Assembly: GCA_964590255.1 (NCBI GenBank)
Contig: CAZPYA010000006.1
Location: 7,362 to 71,361, forward strand
Length of the DNA stretch: 64,000 nt
Source of the DNA: an uncultured bacterium
Lineage (GTDB): Bacteria > Armatimonadota > Hebobacteria > CAIYQO01
Direction of reading: 5' to 3'
Both the position numbers and the translations under genes were made by a program. Within the stretch, counting starts at the first letter, position 1; each line of letters begins with the position of its first letter. This document shows positions 9,281 through 18,684 of the stretch, in pieces. A model generated the notes under the pieces. The model saw only the letters and a program-made list of their open reading frames with translations, searched no databases and was not told the DNA's origin.

Positions 9281-9372
9281 TCGTTGCGCGCTCCTGCGTG
9301 GCTCCACCCTTAGCCGGGTGCCTACGCGCGCCCTCACCCCCTGCCCCCTCTCCCAATACTGGGCGAGGGGAG
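9281..9372. repeat. GC-rich hairpin repeat, variant with TCGTTGCGCGCTCC flank
   Basis: ..CGCGCGCCCTCACCCCCTGCCCCCTCTCCCAATACTGGGCGAGGGGAG. Same architecture as 56111-56172. Confidence 0.75.
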
Positions 9373-9412
9373 TGCCGGAGTCGTGGGGCGCGGCAACGAC
9401 GGCACTCTTCTA

Positions 9413-10852
9413 TTATTCTATACGTTCGTCAGGTACGCAAGTTGCACCGTTGCCGATAATTGCCAGCAGCGCCGCGATGGGCAGCATGGTGCCGCGCACC
9501 CAGGGCGAGGTGGCGAACATCATCACCACCAGCGCCACCATGGCGCCCAGCGCCGCCGCCATCCACGGATCGCCGGGGACGGACCGCCGCGCCCGCCGCG
9601 CCAGTCCCAGGTATAGCCCGAGCAGCGCCAGCAGCGCCGCCAGCCCGATGAGGCCGGTATTCACCAGCGTCACCAGGTAGCCGTTCTGCGTGTCCGGCTC
9701 CAGCCGCTGCGAGGCGGCTTTCGACACCACGTCGTATGTTTCCGCGCCGATAGACGCCTGGTATTGCCCGTTGCCCACGCCGATGATGGGGCGGTCGCGG
9801 AAGACGTTCAGCGCGGCGAACTGCTCGCCCCAGAATTTCTTCAGCTCATGCGTGCCGCCGTACAGGCGCGCGGCGTCAGCGTCGTTCACCGCCAGCCGGT
9901 AGGGCTCATACAGCACTTCGGCGCGGTTGATGCCGCCGAAGACGAGCAGCGCGACGCCGTAGAGCAACACCCCCAGCAGCACCCAGCGACCGGTGCGCGG
10001 CCCCAGCGCGATGCCGGTGGTGAGCAGGCCCAGCAGCAGCGCCGCCGCCAGCAGGCCCGCCAGCACCGAATACGCCGCCCCGGCCAGCAGCAACGCCATC
10101 CACAGACGCAGGCCCCGGCAGCGGCTGGTACACAGCAGCGCCAGCGCGAAGGGCAGCGCCACCGCCAGGAAGCCGGCGTAAGCGGTGCGGCTGGGGTGAA
10201 AGCCTTTGTCGTTCCAACTGCCGAAGGTGGCGCACACCGTCATCGGCGTCTGCACGGTGACATAGGCGCGCGGCGTTTTGTCGTGAAAGACCATGCGCTG
10301 CTCGGGATCGGCCACGCGCTGTGACGGCAGCAGGGCGCGCTGCGCGACGGCCAGGCCCACGGCCAGCGTGGTGGCCGCCAGCAGCACGATGACCGCGGTG
10401 CGGATGCGCGGCGCGGTGGTGAGCGCGGCGCGGAAGAGGGTGACGGCAATGAGCAGGTAGAGGACCACCTGCGCGGTTTCCATCGCCCAGCCTTTCAGCG
10501 CGGCCTTTTCGAGAACGGACTGCAGCGGGCCGATGACGAGGGTGGTCTTCCGGTCGATTTCGGCGCCGTCGATGTAGGGCGTGAAAAGGGCGAAGACGCT
10601 CAACGCGCCGGCGGCCAGCACCAGCCAGTGGGCGAAGGGCGGCAGGCTGGCGGTGTCGCGCACTTTCAGCCAGCGGATGGCCCACACCAGCGCGGCCAGC
10701 GCCAGCAGCGGCTCGGCCGGGTGCAGCGGGCCGAGGGTGAGCTGCGTGGGCGCCAGCGCCAGCACCGCCAGCAGCAGCCCGAAGAGGACGCGGCCCAGCG
10801 GATCGGCGGCGGGCGCCGTCGCCGCGGTCGTTGGGGTCAGCGGTTCCACCAT
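9413..10852 (-). CDS. O-antigen ligase / Wzy-like polytopic membrane protein
   Basis: Start is the ATG at 10852 (MVEPLTP..). Multi-TM protein with ..PIIGVGNGQY..EPDTQNGYLVTLVNTGLIGL.. resembling the Wzy_C loop. The longer ORF-track N-terminus is Arg/Gly-rich shadow. Confidence 0.7.
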   Translation of the reverse strand: MVEPLTPTTAATAPAADPLGRVLFGLLLAVLALAPTQLTLGPLHPAEPLLALAALVWAIRWLKVRDTASLPPFAHWLVLAAGALSVFALFTPYIDGAEIDRKTTLVIGPLQSVLEKAALKGWAMETAQVVLYLLIAVTLFRAALTTAPRIRTAVIVLLAATTLAVGLAVAQRALLPSQRVADPEQRMVFHDKTPRAYVTVQTPMTVCATFGSWNDKGFHPSRTAYAGFLAVALPFALALLCTSRCRGLRLWMALLLAGAAYSVLAGLLAAALLLGLLTTGIALGPRTGRWVLLGVLLYGVALLVFGGINRAEVLYEPYRLAVNDADAARLYGGTHELKKFWGEQFAALNVFRDRPIIGVGNGQYQASIGAETYDVVSKAASQRLEPDTQNGYLVTLVNTGLIGLAALLALLGLYLGLARRARRSVPGDPWMAAALGAMVALVVMMFATSPWVRGTMLPIAALLAIIGNGATCVPDERIE

Positions 10853-11553
10853 AGCAGGGCCCCTCCGATCGCCAGCGCGGTCAGCAGCGGCTGCACGGCG
10901 AGACCGCCGCGCGCGCGCAAGCCGATGCCCCCGACCCACATCGCGGCCGGGTACAGCACGAGATTCGCCAGCAGTTGCTCGTACTGGTAGAAATACATGG
11001 ACAGGCCGTCCAACGGCTGGTAGACGGGCAGCCCGTGGACGCCGCTGCTGAAGATGCCAAAGAAGAAAGCGCCGGCCAGCAGCAGGCCCAGCCCCGCGCC
11101 CAGCGCCCACACCCCCAGCCGCGCGCCGTCCTTCATGCCGCCGCGGACGATGAGGCCCCAGGCGGCCAGCACCAGCGCTGTCCCGGGCATGATGAATGCC
11201 ATATACGGGATATTTCCGCCGTAGACCGGCTCGGACCAGTACCGCATGTCGGCGGTGAACCAGCAGGCCACCGCCAGCGCGGCGCCGCACACCGCGCCGG
11301 TGAAGGCGCCGCGCCGCCACGCCGGCACCAACGCGGTGACAAGTGCCGCCAGCCCGAGCATGCCGAGCAGCGCCTGCAGTGGGCGGGCGGGCAGGCGCGC
11401 GGGGCTGTCTGCCGCCGCCGGCTGAACCGCCCAGGCCAGCGCCAGCGCGAGCAGCGCCACCGCGGCCACCTGCGCCACCGTCAGCCAGATGGCCGCGGCG
11501 CGCGACGGCGGATCGGCAGCCTGCGTCGGTGTAATGCGTGAAGTGTGCGTCAT
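10837..11553 (-). CDS. Polytopic membrane protein, unknown function
   Basis: ATG at 11553 (MTHTSRITP..). About 7 hydrophobic helices. Stop overlaps the next gene's start by 16 nt. Confidence 0.6.
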   Translation of the reverse strand: MTHTSRITPTQAADPPSRAAAIWLTVAQVAAVALLALALAWAVQPAAADSPARLPARPLQALLGMLGLAALVTALVPAWRRGAFTGAVCGAALAVACWFTADMRYWSEPVYGGNIPYMAFIMPGTALVLAAWGLIVRGGMKDGARLGVWALGAGLGLLLAGAFFFGIFSSGVHGLPVYQPLDGLSMYFYQYEQLLANLVLYPAAMWVGGIGLRARGGLAVQPLLTALAIGGALLWWNR

Positions 11554-11608
11554 GACGTTCAGGTTAGACACCGGACGCGCGGAAAAAGTTCGCACCGGTC
11601 GCGCACAC

Positions 11609-14347
11609 TCACGCCGCCTGTTCCGCATCCAGCGCCGTGCCACATTCTTCTGTCGCATGGCGCGCGCGCCGCACCAGCTTCGCGATTTCGTCCACCCAGA
11701 GGATGCTGCTGGAAGTGAGGAGAATCCACCCCCAGTCAGCGAGGGAAATCGCCACCGTGCCGAAGAGCGCGTGCATCGGATCCCAGTGGACCACCAGCAC
11801 CTGCAACGCCACGGCCGCGCCGACGCCGTAGAGCAGCCAGCGATTGGACCCCACGCCGATAGTGAAAAGCGAAAAGGTATGCGAGCGCACGACGAAGGCG
11901 TGGAACCATTGGAAGGCGCAGAGCGTGGTGAATGCCACCGTGCGCGCCACCATCGGATCATCGCGCTGGCCGGTCCACCAGAAGAGCCACAGCGTGCCGA
12001 CGGTCATCACCGGGGCGTGCAGCGCCATGCGCCACAGCGTAGGCGCGTCGATGATGCCCGCGCGCCGCGGGCGCGGCGGGCGGCAAAGCACGTCGCCGTG
12101 GGGCGGCTCCAACCCGACGGGGATGGTGCAGAAACCGTCGGTAATGAGATTCGCCCAGAGCAGCATCACCGCGGTGAGCGGGAAGGGCAGCCCCAGCAGC
12201 AGCGCCGCCAGCAGCGTGAGGATCTCACTGAGGTTCGTGGTGAGGAGGAAGAAGATGGACTTTTGCAGGTTGCCGAAGATGATGCGCCCTTCTTCCACCG
12301 CACTGACGATGGTGGCGAAATTGTCGTCGGTGAGCACCATGTCCGCCGCTTCCTTCGCCACTTCGGTACCGGTGACGCCCATCGCCACGCCGATGTCCGC
12401 GCTCTTCAGCGCCGGAGCGTCGTTTACCCCGTCTCCGGTCATCGCCACCACTTCACCGCGGGCGCGCAGCGCCTCGATGATGCGCAGCTTGTCGCTGGGC
12501 GACACGCGCGCGAAGACGGCAATCCGGCCGATGCGCCGTTTCAGCGCCTCCGGCGCCATCGCCGCGACTTCTTCGCCGGTCACTGTCTCGCTGCCATCCT
12601 CGGTGATGCCGATCTGCCGCGCGATGGCGGTGGCGGTGATGGCGTGGTCGCCGGTGATCATCACCACGCGGATGCCTGCCTCGCGCGCGGCGGCGATGGC
12701 GCGCACCGCTTCCGGCCGCGGCGGGTCGATCATCCCCCACAGGCCGGCGAAGGTCAGCCCATGCTCGGCGTCGGCGCGGTCCAGTGTCTCCCCCGCCGGC
12801 AGCTCGCGAAAGGCGCCGCCCAGCACGCGCAGCGCGTCGTCGGCGAAGGCGGCATTGGCGTCGAGGATCGCCTGCCGTTCCGTGTCGGTGAGCGGCACGC
12901 GCACGCCGCCGTGCTGCACGTGCGTGCAGTGTGCCAGCACCGCCTCCGGCGCGCCTTTCTCCAGCAGCAGCGCGCCGCCGCCCTCCGGCGCGGCATGCAG
13001 CGTGGCCATGTATTTCGTGCGGCTGGAGAAGGGTAGCTCGTCGCGGCGCGGCACGTTGCCGCGCTCCACCTCCGGCTCCACCCCCGCCTTGGCCGCCGCG
13101 GCGAGCAGCGCGCCTTCGGTGGGGTCGCCCTGGATGCGCCATCCCTCCGGCGTCTCCTCCAGCATGGCGTCGCTGGCCAGCACGCCCAGAATGAGCAGCG
13201 CATCGACATCGGGCGAGGTCGCGACGGCGCCATCCATCTGGCGGATCTCGCCCACCGGCGCATACCCTTCGCCGGTGACAGTATAGGCCTGCCCGCCCGC
13301 CCACAGCCGGGTGACGGTCATCTCGTTGCGGGTGATGGTGCCGGTCTTGTCCGAGCAGATGACGGTGGTGGAGCCCAACGTCTCCACCGCCGGCAGGCGC
13401 CGGATGACAGCATGGCGGGCCGCCATGCGCTGTACGCCCAACGCCAGCACCACGCTGACCACCGCCGGCAGGCCTTCGGGGATGGCAGACACCGCTGCCG
13501 CTACCGCGATAAGCAGCATCTCCACCACCTGGTAGCCGCGCAGCAGCCCGAGGCCGAAGATGAGCGCGGATAGCCCTATCGCGCCGTAGCCCATCAGCGC
13601 GCCCAGCCGGACCAGGCGACGCTGCAGCGGCGTCTCCGCCCGGCGCGCCACGCGCACCTCGCGGGCGATCTCGCCCATCACCGTGGCCATGCCGGTGGCG
13701 GTGACCACCGCCACCCCACGCCCGTGGGTCACCGCGGTGCTCGTCCACACCATGTTCACACGGTCGGCCAGCGCCAACCGCTCGGGCAGCACGTCCAGTG
13801 TCTTGTCCACCGGGCGCGATTCGCCGGTGAGCGCCGATTCATCCACCTGCAGCTCGCTGCGTTCCAGCAGGCGCGCGTCCGCCGCCACCCGGTCGCCACT
13901 CTCCAGCAGCAGGATGTCGCCCGGCACTACCTCGGTGGCGGGGATGACCACCGCGCGCCCTTCCCGTAACACGCGCGCCTGCGGGGCGGACATGCGGCGC
14001 AGCGCCTCCAGCGCCTGCTCGGCGCGCCACTCCTGCAGCACGCCGATGCCCGCGTTGAGCAGCAGCACTACGCCGATGACGACGCTGTCCACCGCGTGCC
14101 CGGCGGCCAGCGAGACGCCGGCGGCGGCGATCAGCATATAGATGAGCGGGCTGCGGAACTGCGCCAGAAACAGCAGCGCCAGGTTTGGGCCAGGCGCCGT
14201 CTCCAGCGCGTTCGGGCCGACGCCGGTCAGCCGCGCCGTCGCCTCTGCCGAGCTCAGCCCGTCGCGCCGCGCCCGCAGCCGCTCCAGCACCACCGCGTCC
14301 GTTAATGCATGCCAGGGCGCCGCAGGGCCGCCCACCGGTAATGTCAT
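11609..14347 (-). CDS. Cation-transporting P-type ATPase, type IIA (Ca2+/SERCA-PMCA-like)
   Basis: CSDKTGTITRNEM phosphorylation motif, MITGDH, TGDGVNDAPALK. Preferred start is the ATG at 14347 with GGGAG 8 nt upstream; a GTG at 14356 is also possible. Confidence 0.9.
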   Translation of the reverse strand: MTLPVGGPAAPWHALTDAVVLERLRARRDGLSSAEATARLTGVGPNALETAPGPNLALLFLAQFRSPLIYMLIAAAGVSLAAGHAVDSVVIGVVLLLNAGIGVLQEWRAEQALEALRRMSAPQARVLREGRAVVIPATEVVPGDILLLESGDRVAADARLLERSELQVDESALTGESRPVDKTLDVLPERLALADRVNMVWTSTAVTHGRGVAVVTATGMATVMGEIAREVRVARRAETPLQRRLVRLGALMGYGAIGLSALIFGLGLLRGYQVVEMLLIAVAAAVSAIPEGLPAVVSVVLALGVQRMAARHAVIRRLPAVETLGSTTVICSDKTGTITRNEMTVTRLWAGGQAYTVTGEGYAPVGEIRQMDGAVATSPDVDALLILGVLASDAMLEETPEGWRIQGDPTEGALLAAAAKAGVEPEVERGNVPRRDELPFSSRTKYMATLHAAPEGGGALLLEKGAPEAVLAHCTHVQHGGVRVPLTDTERQAILDANAAFADDALRVLGGAFRELPAGETLDRADAEHGLTFAGLWGMIDPPRPEAVRAIAAAREAGIRVVMITGDHAITATAIARQIGITEDGSETVTGEEVAAMAPEALKRRIGRIAVFARVSPSDKLRIIEALRARGEVVAMTGDGVNDAPALKSADIGVAMGVTGTEVAKEAADMVLTDDNFATIVSAVEEGRIIFGNLQKSIFFLLTTNLSEILTLLAALLLGLPFPLTAVMLLWANLITDGFCTIPVGLEPPHGDVLCRPPRPRRAGIIDAPTLWRMALHAPVMTVGTLWLFWWTGQRDDPMVARTVAFTTLCAFQWFHAFVVRSHTFSLFTIGVGSNRWLLYGVGAAVALQVLVVHWDPMHALFGTVAISLADWGWILLTSSSILWVDEIAKLVRRARHATEECGTALDAEQAA

Positions 14348-14595
14348 TGTCACCACTCCCGTTACGTTGTACCGGAAAATGGCGGGGAGCAGTATGCAGG
14401 CATGTGTCGTTACCGGCGCAAGAGTCTGGATATTGCGGCTGCCGTAACCCCGCGGCCGGCGGGTAGTCCCCTATTTTTTAGAGATTTTGCGATTTGGGGG
14501 GCACCAACATGCGGTTGCCGGTCACGGGTGGCTGACTACCCCCGGCTACCCCATATGCGCCATGATAGAGCAAACCCTATGCTGCGTATCAGCCC

Positions 14596-14658
14596 CCCCC
14601 ATCCCCAGCCCCTCCCCCGCTCCGCTACGCTACGCAAGGGAGGGGCTGGGGATGGGGG
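14596..14658. repeat. Perfect 21-bp inverted repeat hairpin (GC-rich repeat family)
   Basis: CCCCCATCCCCAGCCCCTCCC - 21 nt - GGGAGGGGCTGGGGATGGGGG. Confidence 0.85.
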
Positions 14659-14677
14659 TCGATGTCCACAAGAGCCC

Positions 14678-14759
14678 AGGACTTGCGTTTCACCCCCCTC
14701 TCCCAGGATTGGGAGAGGGGGGCAGGGGGGGTGAGGGCCGAACGAGGAAGCGAAAGTCC
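14678..14759. repeat. GC-rich hairpin repeat, ~80-nt type B copy
   Basis: AGGACTT..CCCCTCTCCCAGGATTGGGAGAGGGG..GGTGAGGGCCGAACGAGGAAGCGAAAGTCC. Near-identical to 28177-28256 and 43883-43946. Confidence 0.85.
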
Positions 14760-15045
14760 GATGGAGCGCTTGCCATACCATGACGCATATGCCCCTGGCT
14801 TCAAGGAACGGGGGTTCAGTGTCAATGGTCATTACACGCTCCTGCATCCCACATTAAGATCATTAACCCCCGATTAACCGATTGTTATGGTTGTTATGAT
14901 CGATTGATCGGAGATTAATGTATGCCCCTGCGGAAGGCGCGTATCCGGCTCCCGGAGGGATACGTAGATAGTGGAAAGCGATCCGACGGGACCGGGAACT
15001 CCCGCGGATCACCCAACTGACTGAAACACTGAAAGGAGGCACACC

Positions 15046-16569
15046 ATGCGTTCCCACACTGTCACGAGGGGGTTCACCCTCATCGAGCTGCTGGTAGTCA
15101 TCGCGATCATCGCGATCCTGGCCAGCATCCTGTTCCCGGTCTTTGCACGGGCCCGGGCGCAGGCGCGCAAAATCCAGTGCACGTCTAACGTGCGACAACT
15201 GGCGATGGCCGTGCAGATGTATGCCCAGGACAACGGCGGCCGGTATCCCGGCGCGGCCTGGCACACGGCGCTGGAGAACTACGCCGGGTCGCAGAAGATC
15301 TTCTTCTGCCCGGAGGACGCCGTGAACGACAAATCGACCCCGATCAGCTACGGCTACGGCGGGGTGCTGGTGCGGGCGGACGGCACCGGCTGCAACGAAG
15401 CGCAGGTGCGGGCGCCGTCGGCGGTGGGCGCCATCGCCGACGCCACGCCCTCGCGCCTGTGGACGGACGGTGGCGGCCTCATCGGCGGCGGCGCGCTGGC
15501 CGACCCGACGACGACGGCGGCGGGCACGGCGGTGGAAGTGACCCCGCGCCATACCGGTGTGGTAGTGGGCTTCTGCGACGGCCACGCGGCGTTCTTCCCC
15601 GGCAACCAGGTGAACCTGAAGGACATCCAGAGCGGGCCGGGCCGGGCGTTCTACCAGGCGGTGGGCCTGGGGTACGTGCAAAACTACGGCGGCGGGCTGC
15701 AACTGCCCAATGCCCCCACCGGCATCGCGCCGACGGCGAACGCCATCACCATCGGCGGCGACTATGCCACCATGCCGATTCTGATGGCGGCGGCGGAGAC
15801 GTGGGCGGCCAAAGGCGGCAAGTGGCTGACCCGCGGCTTTAAAGGCTCGGGCGACGTGGCGAATGTGACCACGGCGACGGCGAGGTACCCCGACTGGCGC
15901 CGCACGCTGGCGAGCACTCAGTTCGCCTGGGGCATCGCCGACAACAAGGTGCAGGCGATCACCCCGGGCGCGAACCAGGCGCTGCAGGACATCGGGCGCG
16001 ACGCGTTCGTGTTCATCGTGTCGAAGAACTGCAAGCTGACCACGGACGACATCAACACCGACAGCGACACCGACACCGCGGTGACGCTGCGCGGGCTGTT
16101 CGGGGTGACCGGCACGGATAAGGGGTATTCGGCCGACAAGTGGCAGGCGTATACCTATGACGCCAACAGCGGCAGCCGCAAGTATGCGCAGAGCGCCGCG
16201 GTGCTGAACGGCCCCATCGGCAGCCTGGCGCAGACGGTGCAGGACGACCAGGAGATGGTCGAGAAGGTCGCCGCCGACCCGTACGGCATCGGCTACTGCA
16301 GCGCGGCCTTCGCCGACACCGACAAGGTGACAATTCTGGGCATCGGCGGGAAGACCTACCCGAACCAGAATCCGAAATATCGCTGGGTGGTGCGCGACAC
16401 GCCGGGCACGGCGGCGGGCGAGTTCGAGTACCCGTTCATCCGCATCCTGCGCGTGTTGACCATGAATGACGGCCGCAACGTGAACAACACCACGTTCGGC
16501 TTCATCCTCGCCGACACGGAGTTCCAGAATGGGCCGCTCTTCCGGGCCACCAGCTACTGGACGCCGTAA
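15046..16569 (+). CDS. Type IV pilin-like N-terminus fused to a PstS/PBP-like-2 periplasmic binding domain
   Basis: [36 protein letters not shown], then ..[11 protein letters not shown]-terminal half carries [11 protein letters not shown].., [30 protein letters not shown] and [10 protein letters not shown], matching the PstS-family pattern. Confidence 0.85.
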   Translation: MRSHTVTRGFTLIELLVVIAIIAILASILFPVFARARAQARKIQCTSNVRQLAMAVQMYAQDNGGRYPGAAWHTALENYAGSQKIFFCPEDAVNDKSTPISYGYGGVLVRADGTGCNEAQVRAPSAVGAIADATPSRLWTDGGGLIGGGALADPTTTAAGTAVEVTPRHTGVVVGFCDGHAAFFPGNQVNLKDIQSGPGRAFYQAVGLGYVQNYGGGLQLPNAPTGIAPTANAITIGGDYATMPILMAAAETWAAKGGKWLTRGFKGSGDVANVTTATARYPDWRRTLASTQFAWGIADNKVQAITPGANQALQDIGRDAFVFIVSKNCKLTTDDINTDSDTDTAVTLRGLFGVTGTDKGYSADKWQAYTYDANSGSRKYAQSAAVLNGPIGSLAQTVQDDQEMVEKVAADPYGIGYCSAAFADTDKVTILGIGGKTYPNQNPKYRWVVRDTPGTAAGEFEYPFIRILRVLTMNDGRNVNNTTFGFILADTEFQNGPLFRATSYWTP

Positions 16570-16585
16570 CCGGCGTAGCGATCTG

Positions 16586-16621
16586 GCGGCCGGCTTCGCT
16601 CCCCGGAGCGGGGCCGGCCGC
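16586..16621. terminator. Long GC hairpin between convergent genes (likely bidirectional terminator)
   Basis: GCGGCCGGCTTCGCTCC..GGAGCGGGGCCGGCCGC, a ~16-bp stem with two G-U pairs, followed by GTGTTTGG. Confidence 0.5.
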
Positions 16622-16638
16622 AGTGTTTGGTCGGTGGC

Positions 16639-17292
16639 TCAATATGACTCATCAATCGCCCAGTACCAGTCGTAAGGCGCATCGACCGGCTCCGCCCAGA
16701 GTTTCCCCATCTGCGGGCGGCGGGCGATGATGTCGGGCTCGGGCGGCGCTGGGGTGGCGGGCCACATCTCACGGCAGATATCACAGATACGGCCCAGATC
16801 GGGGTGCGCGCGGAGCTTCGCCAGCGTCTCCTCGTACGTCCAGGGGAAGAGGTAGCCGGGGCCGTGCACGCTGAAGTCCATCCAGCCCACCTGGTAGATG
16901 CCGGGCTCCTGCGGATCGCTGATTTCGACAAGGTCGATAGAAAAAGACAGGTCGCAGAGATTGAGAAAGTTATTCTGCTCCTGATGACAGATCGGATTGT
17001 ATGCCGCTTCTGTCAGCAGACCGAACGAGAGGCCGGCGCGGTAGATATGCAGACCGAGTTGCTCTGTCACCATGCGCGGGCCGAAAAGGTCGAGGAGATG
17101 TTTGCGCGTGCGCTCGACCTGTCGCGAGGTGGGTGGCTGCCGAAGCAAGGCCAGCGCATCGGCATGTGGCAGTCGGTATTCGCAGACATCCCAATCGTAA
17201 TCGAGCATACGGGAGGTGAAATCACTGATCCATTCCTCTTCGCTTGTTGTTTTGTCATCATGGTCGATGGCCTGACCGAATTTCAACCGCAC
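16639..17292 (-). CDS. Hypothetical protein; probably the remnant of a longer gene interrupted by an in-frame TAG (see findings)
   Basis: 217-aa ORF from a GTG with no SD. The same frame stays open upstream to an SD-preceded ATG at 17421, apart from a TAG at 17335-17337. Confidence 0.55.
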   Translation of the reverse strand: MRLKFGQAIDHDDKTTSEEEWISDFTSRMLDYDWDVCEYRLPHADALALLRQPPTSRQVERTRKHLLDLFGPRMVTEQLGLHIYRAGLSFGLLTEAAYNPICHQEQNNFLNLCDLSFSIDLVEISDPQEPGIYQVGWMDFSVHGPGYLFPWTYEETLAKLRAHPDLGRICDICREMWPATPAPPEPDIIARRPQMGKLWAEPVDAPYDWYWAIDESY

Positions 17293-17439
17293 ACCGATGA
17301 AGTCATACTGCAGGATATCCAGCGCGAGGATGCGCTAGGCGAAACGGGCCAGGTCTTCGGCGCGGACGATCGGCGGGTCGCCGCCGGCGCGGTAGCAGAG
17401 TGCGGCTGTATACGCTCCCATGGTGCCTCCCGTTAGGCG

Positions 17440-17958
17440 TTACCAGTCCTCGCCATACTTCGCCCACAGCGCGGGCAGGCGGTCGGGCAGTTCGTCTTCC
17501 TCCCAGGGTTCGCCGACCGGCTGGTCGGGGTGGGTAATCTCGTAATCTGGTAGATCTGTGCCGGTCAACCGGGTATAGACATCGCGAGCGATATAGCCGT
17601 ATTCTTCGAAAAAGAAATCGTCCTCGCCCTGCGGTTCCGGCTTCATGGGCACCGCCGCCAGTGTCTCCGGGTCGCACAGCGCCGCCTCGAAGGTCGGCCG
17701 GCCCAGCGAGATGAGCCAGTTGCGGAAATCGATAAAGCCATCATCAGAGCACCCGCCGCCCATGATATACGCAGCCGCCCACAAGTCCCAGGTATAGGCG
17801 CGGGCGCGCTGCTCGTGAAAGATGCGGTCGAACTCGACGATCTCCGCCGGCGGCAACTGCTCCAGCCGCACCGCCAACGCGCGCACGCGCTGATCCATCG
17901 CATCGCCGGATTCCGCTTTCGCCGCGTCGACGATCTCCCAGAACGCCTCATTGGTCAT
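17440..17958 (-). CDS. DUF4240 domain protein
   Basis: AAGGAGG SD before the ATG at 17958. ..LWAAAYIMGGGCSDDGFIDFRNWLISLG.. is the characteristic DUF4240 core. Confidence 0.8.
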   Translation of the reverse strand: MTNEAFWEIVDAAKAESGDAMDQRVRALAVRLEQLPPAEIVEFDRIFHEQRARAYTWDLWAAAYIMGGGCSDDGFIDFRNWLISLGRPTFEAALCDPETLAAVPMKPEPQGEDDFFFEEYGYIARDVYTRLTGTDLPDYEITHPDQPVGEPWEEDELPDRLPALWAKYGEDW

Positions 17959-18028
17959 GCTGCCCTCCTTGCCCAGCGCGAAGCCGGGGTTGAGGTAAAG
18001 GTTCGACAATATCGGTGAGGTTTCCTGC

Positions 18029-18063
18029 AAAAAGCCGCCCCCGCCGGGTTCGGCGGGGGCGGC
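18029..18063 (-). terminator. Rho-independent terminator of hpf
   Basis: Minus strand reads GCCGCCCCCGCCG-aacc-CGGCGGGGGCGGC followed by TTTTT. Confidence 0.75.
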
Positions 18064-18089
18064 AGGTATACCGGCTGTCGCGGGACGGG

Positions 18090-18635
18090 CTAAATCGGCT
18101 CGATGAGGCCGTAGTTGCCGTCGCGGCGGCGGTAGATGACGTTGACTTCGTTGCTTTCCGAGTTGCGGAAGACGAAGAAGTCGTGACCGATGAGCTCCAT
18201 TTCCATGGTGGCTTCCTCGGGGACCATCGGCTTCACCGCGAAGCGTTTCGTGCGCACGATCTCCGGCTCCAGCTCCTCCTCGTCAGCCGGAACGGGGGCG
18301 TTGGCGGCGGCAGCTTCGGCGGGTTTCTGGCCGCCCAGCGACTCGTGCGTGCGGGTGATGAAGCGCTCCTTATAACGGCTGAGTTGGCGCTCCAGCTTGG
18401 CGACGACCAGGTCGAGAGACGAATACATGTCGGCCGAGCGCTCCTCCGCGCGGATGAGCGTGCCGTCCACCTTCATGGTCACTTCCACGATATGCTGGCC
18501 ACGCAGGATGCTCTCGGTGACGTGAATCTCCTGCACATGGTCGAAGAACCGGCTCAGTTTGAGCAGTTTCGTTTCGGCATACTCCCGCAGCGCCGGGGTG
18601 ACTTCGAGATGTTTTCCCGTAAAAACAATCTGCAT
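18090..18635 (-). CDS. hpf: Ribosome hibernation-promoting factor, long form
   Basis: MQIVFTGKHLEVTPALREYAETKL..EERSADMYSSLDLVVAKLERQL.. plus a C-terminal dimerisation domain. AAGGAGG SD. Confidence 0.95.
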   Translation of the reverse strand: MQIVFTGKHLEVTPALREYAETKLLKLSRFFDHVQEIHVTESILRGQHIVEVTMKVDGTLIRAEERSADMYSSLDLVVAKLERQLSRYKERFITRTHESLGGQKPAEAAAANAPVPADEEELEPEIVRTKRFAVKPMVPEEATMEMELIGHDFFVFRNSESNEVNVIYRRRDGNYGLIEPI

Positions 18636-18684
18636 GGCGAGCCTCCTTTATTTTGTCCCGGGGTGTCGGGCACCCCTACCCCCA

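Noticed and set aside
10853-11320. Long N-terminal extensions offered by the ORF track: 9413-11320, 10837-11961, 24784-28119, 33780-34715, 36316-38241, 40445-43831 and 52983-55943.
   Set aside because: The extensions overlap the upstream gene or intergenic repeats and translate to Arg/Pro/Gly-rich sequence. They end at an internal ATG with a good SD followed by a signal peptide or the expected domain start.
14741-14759. GAGGAAGCGAAAGTCC in the type B repeats resembles the RNase P RNA P4 motif GAGGAAAGUCC. ACAGAACCGGTCAG at 36356 resembles its 3' P4 strand.
   Set aside because: The matches are short and sit in multi-copy repeats. The rest of the RNase P core (P1-P3, J3/4, P15 and so on) is absent around them.
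14402-14847. Small ORFs reading through the GC-rich repeats (peptides like ..PLSQDWERGAGGVRAE.. and ..PSPSPAPLRYAREGLGMG..).
   Set aside because: They occur in both orientations and in different frames at each repeat copy, with no SD. They are translation artefacts of the hairpin repeats.
17335-17337. The in-frame TAG could indicate stop-codon reassignment or pyrrolysine-type recoding.
   Set aside because: TAG is used as an ordinary terminator by well-defined genes here (hpf and the MraY fusion). No recoding machinery or other in-frame TAGs were seen.
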